A program made the translations under genes and the position numbers. The notes below the pieces were generated by a model. The model was not told the origin of the DNA. It did not search any database and was given only the letters and a program-made list of their open reading frames with translations. From a virus (taxonomy: Duplodnaviria; Caudoviricetes), in the IMG/VR virus record IMGVR_UViG_3300020045_002573, positions 1 to 55,979 of that record: DNA of 55,979 nt; one strand, 5' to 3'. Within the stretch, counting starts at the first letter, position 1. Each line of letters starts with the position of its first letter. Below are positions 1 through 9,091 of this stretch, one piece after another.

Positions 1-130
1 CGTCGGTAAGTGGGTTAAACCTCGCCCCATCAAGAACAACGAAAGTGCCTCCACCATATCCATCCCATCTGTAACCCCCGTCTAATCCCGCAGCCTTCGC
101 CGCCAGTTCAAGAAGTTCTTTGTCTGTCAT
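1..130 (-). CDS. Partial small phage protein (runs off the left edge)
   Basis: ATG at 130 overlaps the stop of 127..591 (ATGA). Reads MTDKELLELAAKAAG...FNPLTD, a common phage small-protein N-terminus. Not in the ORF track. Confidence 0.6.
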   Translation of the reverse strand, partial: MTDKELLELAAKAAGLDGGYRWDGYGGGTFVVLDGARFNPLTD

Positions 131-591
131 GGCTTCTCCAGTTCTTCGGCAAGTCTGTAGAGCATCTGACATACGCCTACGCGGGTTATGTGCGGGTGCC
201 CTTCTTCAAATTTCTCGGCAGCCTTCCGCAGAGTCTCAGCATCACGCTTCCGCAGGGCTTCGGCACCGAGAGACGGGGTGGCGAGTGCTTCCTTTGCATA
301 TATGCTAATCAAGTCAAGCACGCCAAAGTACCCAACTGCGTCACGTTCCGTCATTGCTTTGAGAGCAACACGCTTTACATCTTCAAACGCAGCACGCAGC
401 GCCTCGTTCTCCGCTGCGATCTTCTCAATCGTGTCCAACTGCTGACGGCCAATCTCAGTGGCTACGCGGAGTTGTTCTGCCAGTTGCTGATCCTTGATCG
501 CTGCGCAGGCTTGCCAAGCCCACTCTGACACCTCAATTTCTGCGCCCTTCAACAACGACCCTCTGATGTATGTGCTGAATTCTTCGCTCAT
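127..591 (-). CDS. Hypothetical phage protein (coiled-coil, WQACAAIKD block)
   Basis: 154 aa ORF in an ATGA-coupled chain. Confidence 0.7.
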   Translation of the reverse strand: MSEEFSTYIRGSLLKGAEIEVSEWAWQACAAIKDQQLAEQLRVATEIGRQQLDTIEKIAAENEALRAAFEDVKRVALKAMTERDAVGYFGVLDLISIYAKEALATPSLGAEALRKRDAETLRKAAEKFEEGHPHITRVGVCQMLYRLAEELEKP

Positions 592-893
592 GCTCGCTCC
601 TTCATTGCTTTGTCAATTTCTTCCGGTGTTGGGCCGATCCAAACATACGTGGAACCAATAGGCTCACTAGGCTCGAAGCGATCAATCAAGGCCCGCAGTT
701 CGGCGTTCTCCGCTGCTAGCGTGTCACGGTCTGCGCTGTAGCTTTCCTCGACGCGGAGATTGGCTTCCAACACCTCGATCCTTGCATCCTTGATCGCTGC
801 GCAGGCTTTCCAGACGACTCCTGCAAACACTTCATCGCTGATGTTGAATTGCTGTGGATTCGCCCACTTTTCGAATGCTTCCCTATCGCTCAT
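588..893 (-). CDS. Hypothetical phage protein
   Basis: 101 aa; MSDREAFEKWA start typical of phage accessory genes; ATGA-coupled. Confidence 0.7.
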   Translation of the reverse strand: MSDREAFEKWANPQQFNISDEVFAGVVWKACAAIKDARIEVLEANLRVEESYSADRDTLAAENAELRALIDRFEPSEPIGSTYVWIGPTPEEIDKAMKERA

Positions 894-1282
894 GTTTGCT
901 CTTTCATTGCGTCATCAAGTTCTTGACCTGCCCTGTACTCCCAAACGCCATGCAGGTCGTGTGGTGTTCCTACCCTCTTATCAAGCACATTACCAACTGG
1001 CTGATCCGGGTGCCTCAGCCACCGATACCGTTCTGCGTCCTTCCGCAGTTCGGCGTTCTCAGCACTCAGGATCGCATTAGCTTCACGCTCAGATTCAAGC
1101 GTGTTGCCTGCCTCTTTGAGTTCTTTAATACGCTGACGAAAATCCGTGTTGATGCTTTTTAGGGAGGAAACCAATGCACGTAGTGGTCGATTGCGAGCTA
1201 TCTCTGTTTCCAGCTCGGCACGCAGACGCTCGATTTCGTTTGGGGTTGCTGGTAGATCGCTTCCACAAGGCTTGTCCATCAT
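890..1282 (-). CDS. Hypothetical phage protein (Ead/Ea22-like C-terminal motif)
   Basis: LRKDAERYRWLR...ELDDAM motif. Confidence 0.65.
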   Translation of the reverse strand: MMDKPCGSDLPATPNEIERLRAELETEIARNRPLRALVSSLKSINTDFRQRIKELKEAGNTLESEREANAILSAENAELRKDAERYRWLRHPDQPVGNVLDKRVGTPHDLHGVWEYRAGQELDDAMKEQT

Positions 1283-1506
1283 TTCTCCTTTTGCACGCTG
1301 GCGATTGCCCGCTCACAAATCCCTATCGCTTCTGATCCAGGCGACCAGCGTTTTACGTTCTCAAGCGCAGCCAGAAGCTCGTCGCGCTGCTGTTCCAACT
1401 CACGCCAACCTTTCGTCGGAGTGCATGTGTGCACGCCGTGATCGGTAACGTGCTTGAGGCAGCGTTCGCAGATACCGCTCTGGTGTTTGTTGTGATCGCC
1501 GCTCAT
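1279..1506 (-). CDS. Hypothetical phage protein
   Basis: AGGAG RBS upstream; QQRDELLAALE motif. Confidence 0.7.
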   Translation of the reverse strand: MSGDHNKHQSGICERCLKHVTDHGVHTCTPTKGWRELEQQRDELLAALENVKRWSPGSEAIGICERAIASVQKEK

Positions 1507-1566
1507 GGTTATCTCCTGTTATCGGTTAGATGCCCCCATTATACCGGGGATCATTCAAGAAATAAA
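1507..1566 (-). promoter_or_regulatory. Sigma70-like early promoter with conserved leader and RBS
   Basis: Minus strand TTTATT-17-TATAAT(1538-1543)-GGGGGCATCTAACCGATAACAGGAG-ATG; the same leader recurs at 9586 and 18790. Confidence 0.65.
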
Positions 1567-1570
1567 GCTA

Positions 1571-2050
1571 TCATTTATGTCGAGTTTCGTACAGGTATCG
1601 CGCCATCAGCAGAGCTTCGGCTCTATCACTATGCTTTTTCAAGTGCAAGTGAGCCCTAGGAAACAACCGTATCGCCAATGCTCTTGACTCTTCCTTGTCC
1701 CTACCTAACTTGAAGTGCTTTTTCCACACCGCCGGAGTTACCAGGAAGACCGGCATGTTAGCAATAGCGACTACGGACCGACAACAGCCATAGCTGTCCC
1801 CGAAACTGAACCCGCTAGAGCTACCCTGACCGGGCATAGCGCTGACGCGTTCGAGGAGCACCTCGCACTTTTCTTTAGGATCCTGAGCTTCTAACAGGAG
1901 ACGGTAAAAGCTGGAAGGGTTGATCTCCATCTTCACCGAGCCGGAACCCTTGAGTGACGTAGGAATGTCGAACAGTGATTCATACTCACCGTTGCGGAGT
2001 ACTCCTACGGCACCTGTCAATCCAGGGTCAATTCCAATTGTCAGACACAT
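1571..2050 (-). CDS. RuvC-like Holliday junction resolvase
   Basis: GIDPG, LERVSAMPGQG..S.FSFG, PAVWK and DRAEALL motifs. Confidence 0.85.
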   Translation of the reverse strand: MCLTIGIDPGLTGAVGVLRNGEYESLFDIPTSLKGSGSVKMEINPSSFYRLLLEAQDPKEKCEVLLERVSAMPGQGSSSGFSFGDSYGCCRSVVAIANMPVFLVTPAVWKKHFKLGRDKEESRALAIRLFPRAHLHLKKHSDRAEALLMARYLYETRHK

Positions 2051-2053
2051 GAT

Positions 2054-2890
2054 TCAATTCCTATTGTAATCACCACACGCTAACTTCTGCATGTCATTAG
2101 ACAGAATCACTCCGGTCAGTCCGCACGCCCAGGCTCCCTCATTTTTACAGACGACAACTTCGGTACAGGACCGGCAGGTGCGAATAGGTGTCTTACCGTT
2201 GATACAGACGTCTTTCATATCACACCACTTGCAGCCGAACGCTTTACCGTCGGTTGAAATACCCTGCGGAGCTATCGTAGCATTTACCAAAGTGATAATC
2301 TTGCTCTTGATACCTTCTTGAACCGCCGTGTCCGGGCGAATACGCTCAATGTGATAGTCTTCGTCATTCTTACACAACGCGACATACAGAGCACGTTTCA
2401 AACCTGAGAACAGCATACCCGCTTGCATCTGAGCGTAGTGAAGAGGTTTAGCGGTCTGAACACCCTTCTTCTTGACTTCGGTGAAACTGCTCAGACTGTG
2501 AGTCTTGATTTCAAGATCGTGAGGAGTCTTCTCGGCACCGGGGACACCCTTGATCACTCCGTCGAGCTTACAGACTAGGTGGCCGGTTGAATCTACGAAG
2601 GTAGGCTGTTTTCCGTCTTCGTCTCGGTCCCAGACCTGATACCCGGCTAGCTTCAGGTCATCCAGGATACGGTCTTCCTGAAGGTGTCCGGTACGGAACA
2701 GACGTAACATCCGCCCACCGAACTTCTTGTCGTCATAGGCTCTCCAGGAGTACCAGAGGGATCGTAGACATTCCTCGCCAATACTAGAGGCACCTAACCG
2801 AGCTAAGTATAGGTCTTTAGCCTCTTTGGCTTCGATTGCGGCGTAGATTGTATCTACCATTGATACTTCAGGTTGTGGTAAAGCTGCCAT
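2054..2890 (-). CDS. PD-(D/E)XK Cas4-like phage exonuclease
   Basis: LGASSIGEECLRSLWY, LDG...LEIKT, QMQ motif and a C-terminal Cys cluster (CKWC, CRSC). Confidence 0.8.
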   Translation of the reverse strand: MAALPQPEVSMVDTIYAAIEAKEAKDLYLARLGASSIGEECLRSLWYSWRAYDDKKFGGRMLRLFRTGHLQEDRILDDLKLAGYQVWDRDEDGKQPTFVDSTGHLVCKLDGVIKGVPGAEKTPHDLEIKTHSLSSFTEVKKKGVQTAKPLHYAQMQAGMLFSGLKRALYVALCKNDEDYHIERIRPDTAVQEGIKSKIITLVNATIAPQGISTDGKAFGCKWCDMKDVCINGKTPIRTCRSCTEVVVCKNEGAWACGLTGVILSNDMQKLACGDYNRN

Positions 2891-2917
2891 TCTTGTTCTC
2901 CGTTATGTAAGATTGAA

Positions 2918-3148
2918 GTTAGCGCCACCAACTACACCGGTGTCACGGGTCATACCCTATAACGCTAACATTGAAGAGGGCTCAGGTAGAGGGTCGACCG
3001 AGAAACTCCCAATCTATTGAAACCCGTTAGAACCCTCTTCAATGTTCCACCTTCTCTTACCCGGAAGGCGGTTTAGGTGCTCTATTGACACCCTATATCA
3101 ACAGAGCTTGCGGCGATTTAATTAGCTAGGTCATAGGTTACCTCCTAG
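2918..3148 (-). ncRNA. Candidate structured RNA / multi-hairpin intergenic element
   Basis: Intergenic; perfect 14-bp inverted repeat AACATTGAAGAGGG (2967-2980/3033-3046) plus several adjacent hairpins. Confidence 0.35.
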
Positions 3149-3164
3149 TTAGAAATTGAATAGG

Positions 3165-3692
3165 TTAATCGTCCCAAGGGTTCTTCTTGCCGCCGGAAGC
3201 CGGAGCCTCTTTCTTAGGTTCAGGTTTCGGTTCATCCCGAGGAGCTTCTTTAGGTGGATCCTCTTTCTTGGGCTCGGGCTTCGGAGCGTCACCTTCCGGC
3301 AGCAGGAAGGACTTGATGATGTTCTTGTCCTTGTAGCCTCCGGTACCCTTTTCGATACCGAGCACCGCCGAGAACGGACGATCCAGGAGCATATCGGAGT
3401 CCTTAGCGTTAGGCTTTCCACACGCACGCGCCCAGCCGGCAACTTGCTCACGACCGATCTTCTGAGCCTTGTCGCTACTGTTCACGATGTTGAAGTTCTG
3501 CCAGATCTTACGCTTGGCGTGTTCACCCTTCACGATTTCAAAGGTCGTGGCGAGATACGTGCCGCCTTTGGCGGTTTCCTTGTCTTCACACTCGGTAGCC
3601 TTCAAGACTACCTCGGTGCCTTCCGGAATGATTTCAAAATCACCGCGATCGGTTACTTCAACTTCTTCTACGTCGAATCCAAAACGTGCCAT
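3165..3692 (-). CDS. DUF669 family single-stranded DNA-binding protein
   Basis: F..IPEG...GEHAKRKIWQNFNI...KN.IK; Pro/Lys-rich linker and terminal NPWDD; adjacent to a Sak4-like ATPase. Confidence 0.8.
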   Translation of the reverse strand: MARFGFDVEEVEVTDRGDFEIIPEGTEVVLKATECEDKETAKGGTYLATTFEIVKGEHAKRKIWQNFNIVNSSDKAQKIGREQVAGWARACGKPNAKDSDMLLDRPFSAVLGIEKGTGGYKDKNIIKSFLLPEGDAPKPEPKKEDPPKEAPRDEPKPEPKKEAPASGGKKNPWDD

Positions 3693-3702
3693 GTTATTTC
3701 TC

Positions 3703-4440
3703 CTAGAGTTTTACGGGAATGACCTTGCAGACATCTGCGAGGGTGAGTTCAATGTTGTTGGGACAGCTGTAGCGATTCTTAGCCAGGAAAGCCGCGTTTT
3801 CTACCAAGTGAAGCACTCGCTCATCCGTGCTGACACCCTTTGCCAGTTTCTTGTTGAATCCGGCATCTTCCTTCTTGATGATGACCTTGAAGGCGGCAAA
3901 CCCGAGAACATCAACCCACTCTTGAAGTAGAGCATTACAGCGATTGGGAAGCTTAGGTTGATAGCGATCGTATGATTCGGTCATCGGCGACTCGAACTTC
4001 ACGATACTGGCGTGAGCCAGGAGAATGACATTCATGTTACGCTTGCGACGCAGAGCATCCATACCTTGAAGGATTTCGCGGAAACTCTCAGCCACGAGCA
4101 TTTGACCCTTACCATAGGCGAGTTCCTTTTCATCATGGGTGGCTTCTACGTCTTCCACTATCAACGGTTCAACCAGCCAGTCGACTGAATCGAGGACCAC
4201 TGTTTTGAAATCGTGATCTTCTTTCAAGAGGGTCTTGATGTTTTCCACCACGTCTTTGATGTGAGTAGCACGCGGGAAACTGGTAACATCAATACCGTCG
4301 ATGCCGTCTTCGGTTGAGATGAAGATTGGATTGGGGAACTGGCTAGCAATCGTACTTTTACCGATGCCGTGAGTACCGTAGATGCAGATGCGTGGAGGTA
4401 GTTCTTGCTTACCGACTACCAATTTGTCTTTCCAACTCAT
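3703..4440 (-). CDS. AAA_24 / Sak4-like recombination ATPase
   Basis: Walker A YGTHGIGKST, TEDG, Walker B VVLDSVDW, AKNR motif. Confidence 0.85.
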   Translation of the reverse strand: MSWKDKLVVGKQELPPRICIYGTHGIGKSTIASQFPNPIFISTEDGIDGIDVTSFPRATHIKDVVENIKTLLKEDHDFKTVVLDSVDWLVEPLIVEDVEATHDEKELAYGKGQMLVAESFREILQGMDALRRKRNMNVILLAHASIVKFESPMTESYDRYQPKLPNRCNALLQEWVDVLGFAAFKVIIKKEDAGFNKKLAKGVSTDERVLHLVENAAFLAKNRYSCPNNIELTLADVCKVIPVKL

Positions 4441-4501
4441 AGTTATTACTCCTTTGGTTATTACCCGCTTCGATAGCGAGTAAGGTAATTATACACCCAA
4501 A

Positions 4502-4843
4502 TTATTCAATAATTGCCTCCTGGTAAGAAAAATTTAGTTTCAATGGGACATAGTCGAAGTTATTTCTATCCCACCGCAAAATATTGATTTCATCGTCGTA
4601 TTCCAACGCTACGGACATGCAGATTCCACACAACGCAGGATCACCCACCAACAAGAGATAGTCACCCGGTTGCCAGTTGGACAACACTCGGCGAGCGTGT
4701 TCAATCAACTTGTCTCCGTTGTAATTCTTACCCACCGAGGAGAACACATCCTTCAATACTCCGAACTTCTCTGCCGCGTTCATGTTCTTACGGGTGTCGT
4801 TATAAACCACCCAGCACGTTTGCTTGTTTCCAAAATTGCTCAT
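4502..4843 (-). CDS. Hypothetical protein next to the DNA polymerase
   Basis: 113 aa; ATGA-coupled to the polymerase; DYLLLVGDP motif. Confidence 0.7.
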   Translation of the reverse strand: MSNFGNKQTCWVVYNDTRKNMNAAEKFGVLKDVFSSVGKNYNGDKLIEHARRVLSNWQPGDYLLLVGDPALCGICMSVALEYDDEINILRWDRNNFDYVPLKLNFSYQEAIIE

Positions 4844-6681
4844 GATTTTACCTTCCTAGGTTTCCTGGTTTTAGGAGGAGGCGTAACCAGAGCGATTTGT
4901 TCTTCAGTGAGGAAATCTTTACACCCAAGGTTAATCGCTATTGATATGGCTTCCTTTAGATAATAATTATAGTCCAAATCGATAGGATGGGTTACTTTAT
5001 TTTCTATCACCATACACGCCTTGGCCCCATCGGTCTTCGGCACCTTGTTTCCATTCTTACGATATGTCAGAGGAGGTAAAATCTCGGTAGTTTGATACCA
5101 ACGGACCACTTTGCCAAGGTATTCTTCCCCTTGAACCCCTCCGCCCGTAACCGAACGCGCCGAGATGAAATCCGTGAAAGGCGCAGCCTTGATAGTTTCC
5201 ATGAATGGAACCCCTTTAGCGAGCCATTCACATACCGCCACTGCGCACACAGAGGCTGTTGGATTCTTCTTAAGGTCAAGAGGCGCATATATTCCTTTCG
5301 CTTTCACTTTACGGTCAGTCTTCACAGCTACGTAGTTATTGACATCCTTCATCGCCAATACGCGGTAGGGCGTGTATTCAAAGTCGAAACCGGACTTCTC
5401 CGAAAAGGCCGAAACCACGTTTTCTACCGTTTGTTTGAGCGTCTTAGGGTAAGCCATAGCTATACCGTCGGTGTTGGCCGAAAGCGCCACTGCACCCACC
5501 TTCTCCAGCTGTTCTATGAGCATTAGCAGCGTTAGCTGGCCGGTCAAAGTGATAAACAAACCGAGCTCGGGATTGTAGAGAGACGACCAGCGTGACAACA
5601 GCTTCCCGAAAGTACCGTTGATAGGTACTTTGAGGTTCTCGGCCATTTCCTTGTCGCCCGAGCTCTTGGCATCCAACCGACGGTAATAGACTTTGCTGTA
5701 CTCCCGAGTCAATTCCATATCGGTGTTTTCCAACTTGATACCCCACTTTACCCAGATACTCGGATAGAATGATGCGGCATCAATATCTTCTACGACATTG
5801 TATTCGTCTGCCAGGTGACATACCTTCTTGTCATGAGTGGAATGAATACCTCCCACGCCGAGCTGATAGGTTCCATTGTTGAGCTTGACAACCTGCTTAC
5901 TCAGGAATTCCGGCAGTTCTACGTGCCCGGTCTTCGAGTTCATAGGGTAAACGGTATCAGCTATACGAGCACATAGTTCCTGCAAGTGAGGAGCCTCAAA
6001 AGAGATATACTCCGGCAACGTGTAGGCGATAGACGGAGGCACCTTCGGCTTGGCTTTGCGACCTCCGAGCCTCTTTATGAACGCGGTTTCAGCCATCTGC
6101 GTGTCAGACTTACTACGTAGATCAATCCCATATTCCTTGCTCATTGACACTCGTAGCAAGAGTTGCTTTTCCAACCGTTTGAACAGTTCCTCCGTAGTGT
6201 CAAGGTCATTCTCGCAATACCGATCCACCTCTTCACATTGCTCATCTGTCAATGATTCGATATCGTGCTCGTACGGTAGGTCTTTCAGCCACCTCATATG
6301 CATACGTGCGCCGTAAGCCTTCAAACCTACGAAACTCGGCGCTACCTCAATCAAGTCAATGTGATCGAACTTCAATGGTGGAAGGCCGAACCGACGCTCT
6401 ACCTCCCACGGTTGCATCTCGTGTTCAATGATAGAGTTAGCGATCATCTTCACCGTATGAACGTCTTTACCGGACAATACGGCAGAAATGATCGGAGCAT
6501 CGAACTTGATACCGTTGAACGACACGAAGGTACAACCGGAGTTCATCACCTCCCGCAAACGAGAGATGGCGTCTTCCTCGTGTAGCCAAATCGATATGAT
6601 GTTCCGGTTCTCTAGCACCCTACCCTTGAACAGTAGTCTTCCACCTAAAATCTCGGTGTCGAATACGATAGTCTTGCTCAT
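4840..6681 (-). CDS. Family B DNA polymerase with 3'-5' exonuclease
   Basis: Exo I FDTE, Exo II FNGIKFD, Exo III YCENDL; polymerase motifs DAASFYPS, KVPINGTFGK, NTDG. Confidence 0.88.
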   Translation of the reverse strand: MSKTIVFDTEILGGRLLFKGRVLENRNIISIWLHEEDAISRLREVMNSGCTFVSFNGIKFDAPIISAVLSGKDVHTVKMIANSIIEHEMQPWEVERRFGLPPLKFDHIDLIEVAPSFVGLKAYGARMHMRWLKDLPYEHDIESLTDEQCEEVDRYCENDLDTTEELFKRLEKQLLLRVSMSKEYGIDLRSKSDTQMAETAFIKRLGGRKAKPKVPPSIAYTLPEYISFEAPHLQELCARIADTVYPMNSKTGHVELPEFLSKQVVKLNNGTYQLGVGGIHSTHDKKVCHLADEYNVVEDIDAASFYPSIWVKWGIKLENTDMELTREYSKVYYRRLDAKSSGDKEMAENLKVPINGTFGKLLSRWSSLYNPELGLFITLTGQLTLLMLIEQLEKVGAVALSANTDGIAMAYPKTLKQTVENVVSAFSEKSGFDFEYTPYRVLAMKDVNNYVAVKTDRKVKAKGIYAPLDLKKNPTASVCAVAVCEWLAKGVPFMETIKAAPFTDFISARSVTGGGVQGEEYLGKVVRWYQTTEILPPLTYRKNGNKVPKTDGAKACMVIENKVTHPIDLDYNYYLKEAISIAINLGCKDFLTEEQIALVTPPPKTRKPRKVKS

Positions 6682-7040
6682 TTTGCTAAGCGCCAGTGGG
6701 TGATGTTTTTGAATTCATCGATATACCACGTTACTTGGCTGGCGCGTACTGATCTATACTCTTCCCCATCAGCCCATTTCACATCAATCTTAGTGTCGCC
6801 GTCTACAGGACGTTGTCCAGTGTTCTTCGTCCAAGGCCGTTTGTTCTTGGCACGACGGTTCCAGGCTTCGATGGCTTCGCGCACAGTCGGTCGTGCTCCG
6901 CCGACAGCCCCGCAGCCTCCTTTATTGAAGTTGCAGTTAGCTATTTTTGAGTTTGAATTTTCATCATCCTCATAGAGATCGCCGATTGTGATGACATCTA
7001 TCTGGTCTGATCCACAGAACGGACATTTCTTGAGTTTCAT
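6678..7040 (-). CDS. Lar-like restriction alleviation protein (Zn ribbon) with C-terminal extension
   Basis: LKKCPFCGS...CGA.G...EAIEAWNRRA signature. Confidence 0.75.
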   Translation of the reverse strand: MKLKKCPFCGSDQIDVITIGDLYEDDENSNSKIANCNFNKGGCGAVGGARPTVREAIEAWNRRAKNKRPWTKNTGQRPVDGDTKIDVKWADGEEYRSVRASQVTWYIDEFKNITHWRLAK

Positions 7041-7216
7041 GATTCATACATCCATTGGTTGTAAGGGTTGTCACGCTCAAGCTCTTCTGCCGGGTAGCCT
7101 GCAGGAACTAGAGGCTCGAAGCAACATTCGTGTTCGTAACAGTACGGACCTTCGTCTGGAGGCATTTCATTATTGCTGTGCTTCTTGCACTTGATGTTGT
7201 AGCATTCGATGGTCAT
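7037..7216 (-). CDS. Small Cys-rich hypothetical protein (59 aa)
   Basis: MTIECYNIKC...NPYNQWMYES; fills the gap exactly with ATGA overlaps on both sides; not in the ORF track. Confidence 0.6.
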   Translation of the reverse strand: MTIECYNIKCKKHSNNEMPPDEGPYCYEHECCFEPLVPAGYPAEELERDNPYNQWMYES

Positions 7217-8160
7217 GGCTTCACCCAGCTCAGTAATGTAGTGATAGGTACTTCGAACCCGGCTGCATTCTTGTGTCCGCCACCACCGAAGGCTTTGGCG
7301 ATAGCGCTCACGTCGTAGTCACCGTTGCTGCGCAGGCTGCAGCCGCACTTGCCGTCCTTGCGGATAGACCAGAGCAGACCGAACGTACCACTCTGATTGG
7401 CTAGCTCGTGACCTACGTCGCTGGATAGATGGGCTGGGCAGTTGGACATGAGGCCGGAGAATGAGGTGTAATGTGGAATGTCTCCGCAGTGACCTGACTC
7501 CCATCCAGTAATAGTGCTGAAGTCTACAATCGTGCAGTCCATCGCCGTTCCCTTGACCACAGTTTGTACGTTCTGGTCGTGGGCGCGGAGGATAGCCTTA
7601 CCCGCCTTGTACATCGGCGTTAGGTCTGAACACGCCAGATCTTCCCATTGCTCGAAGTTCCACGGGGTTCCTGACCATAACGCCTTATTCAACTCCTTTG
7701 TGCCATCGAGTTTGAACTGCCAGCGGTCATAGTCGTCGATGTGGCTAATCAGTGCTGGGATTACAGTACCTGGATTGAAATACTCCCAGGCGATTAGTGC
7801 GCCAGAGCGATTGTTGTCCAGGATAAAATGACTACCATCAACATAGATAGCTTCATACTTCTTGCCCTCCACCATGTAATCTACCGCCGCGCCACCCAAC
7901 AGCGATTCAAACGCGGTTTTGTGATGGTCAAAAAACACAACCTTCTTGGCGATAGCCGTCAGTACCACTAGGGTTTTAGAAGGTAAGCTGAAGTCCAGAA
8001 TGTAAACGTCGCGACCTCTACCGTCTTCGGTATTCCATTTCTCAGCCTCATCGTAACGCATCGGCAGGTACTCAGCCTCATCGCCTAAGACCGTCCAGGC
8101 TGCGAACGCTGCGCCAAAGCCGTCAGTGCAGTTGGCGTGATAGATAACTAGCGGTTTCAT
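7213..8160 (-). CDS. DHH/DHHA1 phosphoesterase
   Basis: YHANCTDG, ILDFS, FDHH, DDYDRW, SLRS and GGGHKNAAG motifs; start moved to the ATGA-coupled ATG at 8160. Confidence 0.85.
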   Translation of the reverse strand: MKPLVIYHANCTDGFGAAFAAWTVLGDEAEYLPMRYDEAEKWNTEDGRGRDVYILDFSLPSKTLVVLTAIAKKVVFFDHHKTAFESLLGGAAVDYMVEGKKYEAIYVDGSHFILDNNRSGALIAWEYFNPGTVIPALISHIDDYDRWQFKLDGTKELNKALWSGTPWNFEQWEDLACSDLTPMYKAGKAILRAHDQNVQTVVKGTAMDCTIVDFSTITGWESGHCGDIPHYTSFSGLMSNCPAHLSSDVGHELANQSGTFGLLWSIRKDGKCGCSLRSNGDYDVSAIAKAFGGGGHKNAAGFEVPITTLLSWVKP

Positions 8161-8654
8161 TGCTCTTCCTCCCATTCTATTTTGATGGTGGCGACATAAA
8201 AAGTATCCACCTCTCTCTTGGCGAGTTCCTCTGTATCATGAGCATACTGGCCAATCTCGCCACCCTTGTAGATGTTAATCCACCCTTCCCTCCTAACCTT
8301 ACGGGGAGATTTAATCCAGGATAGGTTCTCTAAGAACGCTCCCGCCGTGTAGTCTTCGGATTGGACTATTACACCTTTCTCGTATTGATCTACTGCCGTA
8401 ACGGTATCTCTCGCACGGTGATACAGCGTGTCACCTTTATATACAGGCTTATCCTCCACCCAGGCTAGGGGTTTCATACGAAACTCATTCACGTTGGTAG
8501 GTATCATGAACACATTTTGTACATCTTTGACCAATATCTTACCTGTGGTGTCGGGGCCGTCGATATACGTATATTCGTGATTCCCGCACATCAACTTAAC
8601 ACCGGCCATCGCAGCTATCGGATCGAACCGTTTCAATTTACTGAAGTCCATCAT
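8157..8654 (-). CDS. Hypothetical phage protein
   Basis: REGWINIY...ATIKIEWEE C-terminal motif common in phage small proteins. Confidence 0.7.
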   Translation of the reverse strand: MMDFSKLKRFDPIAAMAGVKLMCGNHEYTYIDGPDTTGKILVKDVQNVFMIPTNVNEFRMKPLAWVEDKPVYKGDTLYHRARDTVTAVDQYEKGVIVQSEDYTAGAFLENLSWIKSPRKVRREGWINIYKGGEIGQYAHDTEELAKREVDTFYVATIKIEWEEEQ

Positions 8655-9091
8655 TCGCCTCCTTGATTCACGTAGGCTGAAGTAGCTTCACCTTCATTCT
8701 CTTCCTCGAACTTTTCGATGATCTCTTTGAGCTGAGCGTGAGCCTCGTACAGCTGATCAATACGTTTCCAGTGCATGATCAAATCAATGATGCAACGGTC
8801 GCGATGTACGATCTTGTTGTCTTCAATGAATCGGTTGAACATACCGTCCTTGCGATTCACGCTACGGAGAATACCCACACCTTGCTGAACACTCTCGATA
8901 CGCTTCTCCACAATGTGAAGAGCTTTTTCAAGGTCTTGAACCCCGTTCTTCTTACGCCACCGAGTCACGTATTTGGATGCGTTGTATTCCAGATTAGGTA
9001 CGCTAGCGCCGATACAATAATCCCAGTGACCTATTCCACCTTTAGGAACCTGGTAATGGGTTCCAGCTACCTGACGAGAATTAGCGTTCAT
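8651..9091 (-). CDS. DUF3310 (SaV / T7 gp1.7-like) protein
   Basis: QVAGTHY...KYVTRWRKKNGVQDLEKA signature. Confidence 0.8.
   Translation of the reverse strand: MNANSRQVAGTHYQVPKGGIGHWDYCIGASVPNLEYNASKYVTRWRKKNGVQDLEKALHIVEKRIESVQQGVGILRSVNRKDGMFNRFIEDNKIVHRDRCIIDLIMHWKRIDQLYEAHAQLKEIIEKFEEENEGEATSAYVNQGGE

Noticed and set aside
2054-2890. Cas4-like nuclease as part of a CRISPR system
   Set aside because: No cas1/cas2 or array; the context is the usual phage exonuclease-SSB-Sak4 recombination module.
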